A stretch of 64,000 nucleotides of DNA from Phallusia mammillata (taxonomy: Eukaryota), in NCBI GenBank assembly GCA_965637545.1, contig OZ281495.1, positions 11,842,001-11,906,000 on the forward strand, given 5' to 3'. Positions within the stretch are counted from its first letter, which is position 1. Every line of letters starts with the position of its first letter. The notes beneath the pieces are model-generated. The model saw nothing but the letters and a program-made list of their open reading frames with translations. It searched no databases and had not been told where the DNA came from. The translations under genes were made by a program, and so were the position numbers. Positions 58,701-64,000 of this stretch are shown here, in pieces.

Positions 58701-61700
58701 TCTCTGGCCAGAGATGCAGCAAAAACCGTTATCAACACATTGAACCCATATGATAAGGTTTGTTTTGATTTGTTACTTTCAATACCAACTATACTAGGGG
58801 TGGAGTATTTTTTGCGTTTTATGTTTATGTTTTGCTTTAAAATGGTTTAAACATATCCTTGTCCCAACTTATCTTGTACAAAAAAAACCTACAATAAAGT
58901 ACAAAAAAAAAACGTAACGTTACAACGGTAAACTTAGTTGTAAAGACATAACTGCCCCAGCACACAAACTAACTAAAAATTTACCAAAATCGAAAATCTT
59001 ACTTAATAATGCTTTACAGTTTGCGGTGGTGACATTCGCAACAACCGCCCAAGTTTTTTCGTCCACTATTCCAAACGGAGATTGTTATTCATCGAGTTTT
59101 GCACAAGCCACACCGCAAAACATAGCCAGAGTAGAAGAGTTTATAAATGGCATTCAGGCCTCCGGTAAGTAAATCCATAAAATGTGGTCATGTGGGCTGT
59201 AGGTAAAATGTATTGCAGGTGATATTTACGTTTTATGGAGTATTGTGTATTTTATGTGTGTTTTACTAATGACTGATAATTCCAAAATAAGTTTTGTGAT
59301 TCAGGTGCAACTTATTACAGCAGGGCCCTAAACAGTGCATTTGCATATTTTTCCAACAACCCAACAGCGGATCGAGGTACGTTGATAAAACGAGCATCTG
59401 CGAATACCTAACAGCTAGGGCATATTGAAATTGATACTAATAGCGTTCAAATACCTTCCACGACGTTTGCAATTGCATGATAAATATTTCCATGTAAGAG
59501 TAAAATAGGTTCGCGCAAGGCAAAGTTTGATAACAGACCACGAAGCTAATGTAGAATTTGGAATTTTCACAAACCTGTCTACGTATTGTTGCCGAGAGAC
59601 AATTTGTAACTTGATCTTCGTCTGTGATTGTTCAGTTATGTAAGATACATGTGTTTCGTAACACGAGATATCAGTCACATGATGTTGTCATGTGACTTAA
59701 CAATGGCTTTGGTACTGTTTTATGCAGTATAATTGTTCAAAAAGTTTAAAACAGATGTTTTCTTTACCATGATGTTAAACGGTGTAAAACAGAGAATAAA
59801 CTTCCAAACCCTCACTCTCACCCCCAACATTTAAAAGCGACTAAAAACAATACTAAATTTTGTTCCATGGATGCATCGAACCTATGCATGATAAGCTGCA
59901 GACAATACACAACTGTCCTATCTGCAGCGTATTGCATAGGTTTGTGAAAAAATTCCTCTATTTGTTTCTATAGATCGGGTGATACTGTTCATGTCCGACG
60001 GCGAACCCACCGACGACACAGCGATAGAAACACTCAACACACTTAACGACAATGTGGGCAACTCAGTTGTGCTTCTAACATACGGAATGGGATCAGGAAC
60101 AGGTTGGAAAATATGATGTAACGTTTTGGTATTTTTTACACTTAAAATTTTCGCTTTCATTGTAGACTTCTCTGTGCTTCGAAACATGGCAAATGCTACA
60201 AGCACCCAAGTCGGAACAATTCAAAAGGTTATTGTTGCGCAGATATTTTTGTGTTCAAAATCCTGCTGTTTATGTTTCAAAATGTCTAGTTCAGCGGTTC
60301 CTAAACTGGGGTCCGCGGTCCTTTAGGGGTCCGTGAGGCAATTTTGGGGGGGACCGCGAAGCGGTTGAAGTAATTCTATAATGTTATTTGGCGTCAGTTT
60401 GTGCCACTAAATAAGTTTAAATCAAAGTAAAATTGAGAATCGACTATCTCCATTGCTAAACAGTGGCCTTTATTGAATAATATCTATCAAAAATGCAATT
60501 GTTCGCGCACAATCGTAATGTTTTTTGTCCTGTTGTGATGTCACATGCTGTCTTTGGATGATTGTTATGCGCAATTTTGCATAACTAGCTAAAATCCTGC
60601 AATCAACTTTCGTTTTTATGAAATACATATTTAGGCCGCGAGCCCTCGAAATAATGGCAAAGGGACCGTTTTGTAAAAAATATAAAAAAAGTTTGGGAAC
60701 CACTGGTCTAGTGGAATTAAGTATTAATTATGCGTTACGTATGATCAACAGAGAGGAATCTTTACCCAAATTACCACTCCGTCAAATCTTCGCAACGAAA
60801 TGGCTTCGTACTACACGTTTTTCACTGTCACTGGTCAAGTTACTGATGTTCCGATTTGGACTGTACCTTACCTAGATGCCTTTGGTCTCGGTAAGTAATG
60901 CAAACTGCTTCAGGCTTGTTTCAAAAATCACTAAAAGAATTTGGATAATGTTGATATAATTGGGACATCGGATAGGCAAAGATTCGCTCAAGAACCGATT
61001 TAGGACGGTTATTGTCTTGCAGATTTTGTAAATAAAATAACGGTTTGTAATGGTCGCAAAAATAACGAGTGTTGGGTGCTGCAATTTATTTTAATTGTAC
61101 TTATTTAATAAGGGTGAGACATTAAGTCTTTATCCACTTGACACCCATATTGTAAACGTTAAGTTGATGTAAAGTTTAAACGCACCAAAACTAATTGCAA
61201 AATATGTTCCAAGGTCTTTTAATAACTGCAAGTTTGCCAGTCTACATCAATGACAATCTCGTGGGGGTGGCAGCAGTCGATCTTACAATTGAAGAGCTGC
61301 TCGCCGATGTTAGTTTCTTCAAACCAACTCAGACTTCATATTCATTTGTAATTAACGATCGAGGTAAGGGACGTATTGTATTTTATATATGCAAGTTCTA
61401 ACAACGTTTTTATATAGGTCTGATTATAAACCATCCCAACTTTCCTTACATCACTAACAATGATCCGCTGTTCGTCGAAGCGACAGCATTTGAGCGGGAT
61501 GAAAACTTTCTCTCTGTTTTCGAATCAATGAAAAGGTAAGCTTACAACTTATAAATCGCTAAGTTATTATCGTTTGTTTTTAGCAATGGTAAAACAACTG
61601 ATATTGTCGTATATTTTACATCAAAATGAACTGTCATAAAGTATGACGATATAAAAACTGTTCTAGTGACTCAATCTTTAGGTTAATTTCGCCCAAAAAA

Positions 61701-63927
61701 TGTTTTTTTTTTATAAATTATTATCTTAAACTAACAAAGCAGAATAACAAACAAATATTAAGTTTGGTTGTTTATAGAGGTGATTCAGGAAATAAAACCT
61801 TCGTATCCACCAAAGTTCTTCCACAAGGTGACAGCACAATGTACGGTGTGAGAGAGGTTACTGTGAGATCGACATACTTCTGGCAACAAGTAAGGCCAAG
61901 AATTTTTGTAATAGTCCACACATACATCTGAATGCTGAGCCTCGAAATTTTGTGCTCGATACATCTTGTGATAAAAAGAAGCAAATTTTCAACTGTAACT
62001 TGAGATGTGAAAACACAAACGACCCCCTTTCATACTAAAACAATGATTATTATTATCAATTCGATACACATCCTGTGCATATGTACGTTTGTGCAGTGAA
62101 AAAATAAATCAATGTAAATGAGGTAGAGTTACAATTTTAACACGAGTCTTTGCTGTAAACCTTTTAGCACTACCCGACCCGGCCTTCCACTCTGTTTTGG
62201 TTCACTTTTCCTAATGCCTCCCCATAGAGTTATTTTTTAAGCCTTTAAACATTCTACGCGTTGCAATATAAATCTCTTTTGTAGATTCCTGAAACAACAT
62301 TTTCTCTTTGTTTGGTGCTGGTTGAGGAACAAACCCAAGCTCTACTTCAGAATCAAGGTTCAGTTTCAACTGGAGGTTTCCTTTATCATCGCATTGATCT
62401 TGTTCCACCTCGACAGGCCTGTCATCATTCCGAGAACTACTGCTCCATAGGTTAGAAAACAATTTTATTGGCATTTACAATATCGCGGAATTTCACGACC
62501 CAAATTAATGTTACTGTTGTGACCAAGCACCAATTGGAAGACATTTTTTTGCATACTTCAGATAAAAAAAAATTTGAATTTGGTTTGCATCTTCTTTTTA
62601 ACGTAATTGTGTGTAGGTGTTGGGTTGTAGCTTTTTGTGGTAAAGTATATCTCCATCAGATTTATAACCTTTAAAAGTTCACTACCTAAGTTTGTTCTGA
62701 TATCAAATTTATGTTACACACTTGAAAGTGCACCACATACTTATGCCTCGCAGTTGTCTAATTGCAAAAAACTAATAGTCACAATTTTCACGTAAATAGT
62801 CATGGTTTATTCTTTAAAGGTTGATGTTAAATAAAATAGAGTTTTTTGGAAGAAAGCAATCAACCATTTCAATAACCAACATGGTTTATGTGTAGGTGAA
62901 AGTTCTATAGCACTGGCAGCAAGATCGTTTCAAGACCCTGAACTTTATCTGGCAACTGAAGAAACAGCTGGTGACGTAAACGCAATAGTTGACTACATGG
63001 AAGGCAGAAGCAATAATAGAGTCAATATAAAGGTGAAAAAAAAACTAACTAATCGCTAAAGTTTTGTCAACCTTAAATGTGTTCTTTTTGCAGGAGGGCA
63101 TTAAAAATGTGGTTGTCGCTACCCAAATAGCAAACCAGTTTTGGAATTCCTCTAGCGATGGAGAAGTGAATAGACGTGTTCTGTGGAGATACATTGGGAC
63201 TTCAGATGGGATTTTTCGTAACTTTCCAGGAACACAGATGCCAAGCAACTTCGACCCTGTGTTGCGTGACTGGTCAGTAGCCTTAAGCACTTTGTTATTA
63301 CTACTGATCAGATGTCCTCTTTATGATGATAGCACATACACCCCTTGCCTAGTATTTGCATAAATGACAAAGGTTGTTTACTGGGCAAAGGTTGTTTACT
63401 TGTGTAACTGGGGTCACTAAGGAATATTACAATGTGATAACACATGCAATTTTTCACCAATGCATACATAGTGTTTTCAAAGTATGAGTATTGACTATGC
63501 CAAAGTTGAAGGCTATGGAGTTTAAGGTGAAGGCTACATCACGTTCAGTTAAAACCTACTTGATCGTATAAAACTAAAATAATAGGGTTTAGGAAAAATG
63601 GTAGGGTGCAAAAGGCTGATGTCAACCAAGATAAGAACGATAAAATATAAAAACAAATACAAGGTACCGAAAACAGACCAACGTTCTGCTTGGGGCTGTA
63701 ATCTTGTGAAGTGACTTGCATGCCAAATGCGCGACCGATCAGAGGACCTGGCGGTTTTGTTCAAATTTCTATTCAAGTCTCAGTTTATAGTATTGGCTAC
63801 ACTGACTTGTTTTAAGGTATGAACACGCTCAAGCCAACCCGGGCAAAATTGCCATTACGCCTCCGTACAGCGATGCAGCAAGCGGAGAAAGCGTCATTAC
63901 TTTGACCAGAGTATTGTTTGAAGGACA
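55754..63927 (+). CDS. alpha2delta/CACHD1-like secreted or membrane VWA plus Cache-domain protein, 5' part (continues beyond the window); first exons 55754-55888, 56131-56193, 57227-57385, 57943-58150; last visible exon 63818-63927
   Basis: Signal peptide MNTAVIFCCVLLVFGHAKG; LKWQYFGSEQGITTIFP..YDNRFRPWY (VWA_N); VVIVIDTSGSM, GATYYSRAL and ILFMSDGEP (VWA/MIDAS); PIWTVPYLDAFGLGLLITASLPVY..LVGVAAVD (Cache); second Cache-like WRYIGTSDGIFRNFPG..FDPVLRDWY..ITPPYSDAASG. Confidence 0.88.
56412..56559. mobile_element. Short hAT-type MITE remnant
   Basis: Ends CAGGGATCGGCAACC ... CTCGCCTACCCCTG; flanks GCTTAATA / GCTTATTG (6/8). Confidence 0.5.
56575..56985. mobile_element. hAT/Charlie MITE with a perfect 8-bp TSD
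   Basis: TIRs CAGTGCTCTTCAACC / GGTTGAAGAGCACTG; TSD GTCTACAG at 56567-56574 and 56986-56993. Confidence 0.9.
57485..57770. mobile_element. Degenerate MITE (AGAGTTGTAAGT TIR family)
   Basis: AGAGTTGTAAGTGGGCC ... GGCCCGACTTGCAGCTTTG imperfect inverted ends with internal CCCGAA/CCCTAAC motifs. Confidence 0.45.
60292..60705 (-). mobile_element. hAT/Charlie MITE, inverted sister of 33738-34157
   Basis: TIRs CAGCGGTTCCTAAAC / GTTTGGGAACCACTG; TSD GTCTAGTT / GTCTAGTG (7/8); the body is the reverse complement of the 33.7-kb copy with few differences. Confidence 0.88.
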
Positions 63928-64000
63928 GTAAGTTACTGTGGCAATTATGTTTCCTATCAATAGGGGGTTTCATAATATCTTTCTACAAAAACGCATGCAA

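Overview
This is eukaryotic, AT-rich genomic DNA with GT-AG introns, the shortest about 57-72 nt. It is probably from an ascidian/tunicate, inferred from a SINE family that resembles Ciona Cics-1 as I recall it and from mosaic CpG depletion; neither is verified. Eight spliced protein-coding genes could be reconstructed by hand: the 3' end of DENND4 (+), an LRR protein (-), an alpha-arrestin (+), argininosuccinate lyase ASL (+), a CALHM-family channel (-), CCDC87 (+), an orphan 250-aa type I membrane protein (+), and the 5' part of an alpha2delta/CACHD1-like VWA-Cache protein (+, runs off the window). Many hAT-type MITEs (several with exact 8-bp TSDs), a Harbinger-like insertion and SINE copies are present. 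The most unusual part is about 36.1-55.2 kb: a ~19-kb mosaic tandem array of about ten 1.4-1.9-kb units. No reading frame is conserved across units, yet the units keep gene-like signals: an Inr-like TCAGTT, a GT donor, a ~150-nt intron-like spacer, and a 52-62-nt AG..GT micro-exon, usually carrying ATG GCG AC. A truncated duplicate of the orphan receptor is embedded in the array. No CRISPR, rRNA or tRNA genes were seen. Most ORFs in the supplied track are exon fragments or spurious.
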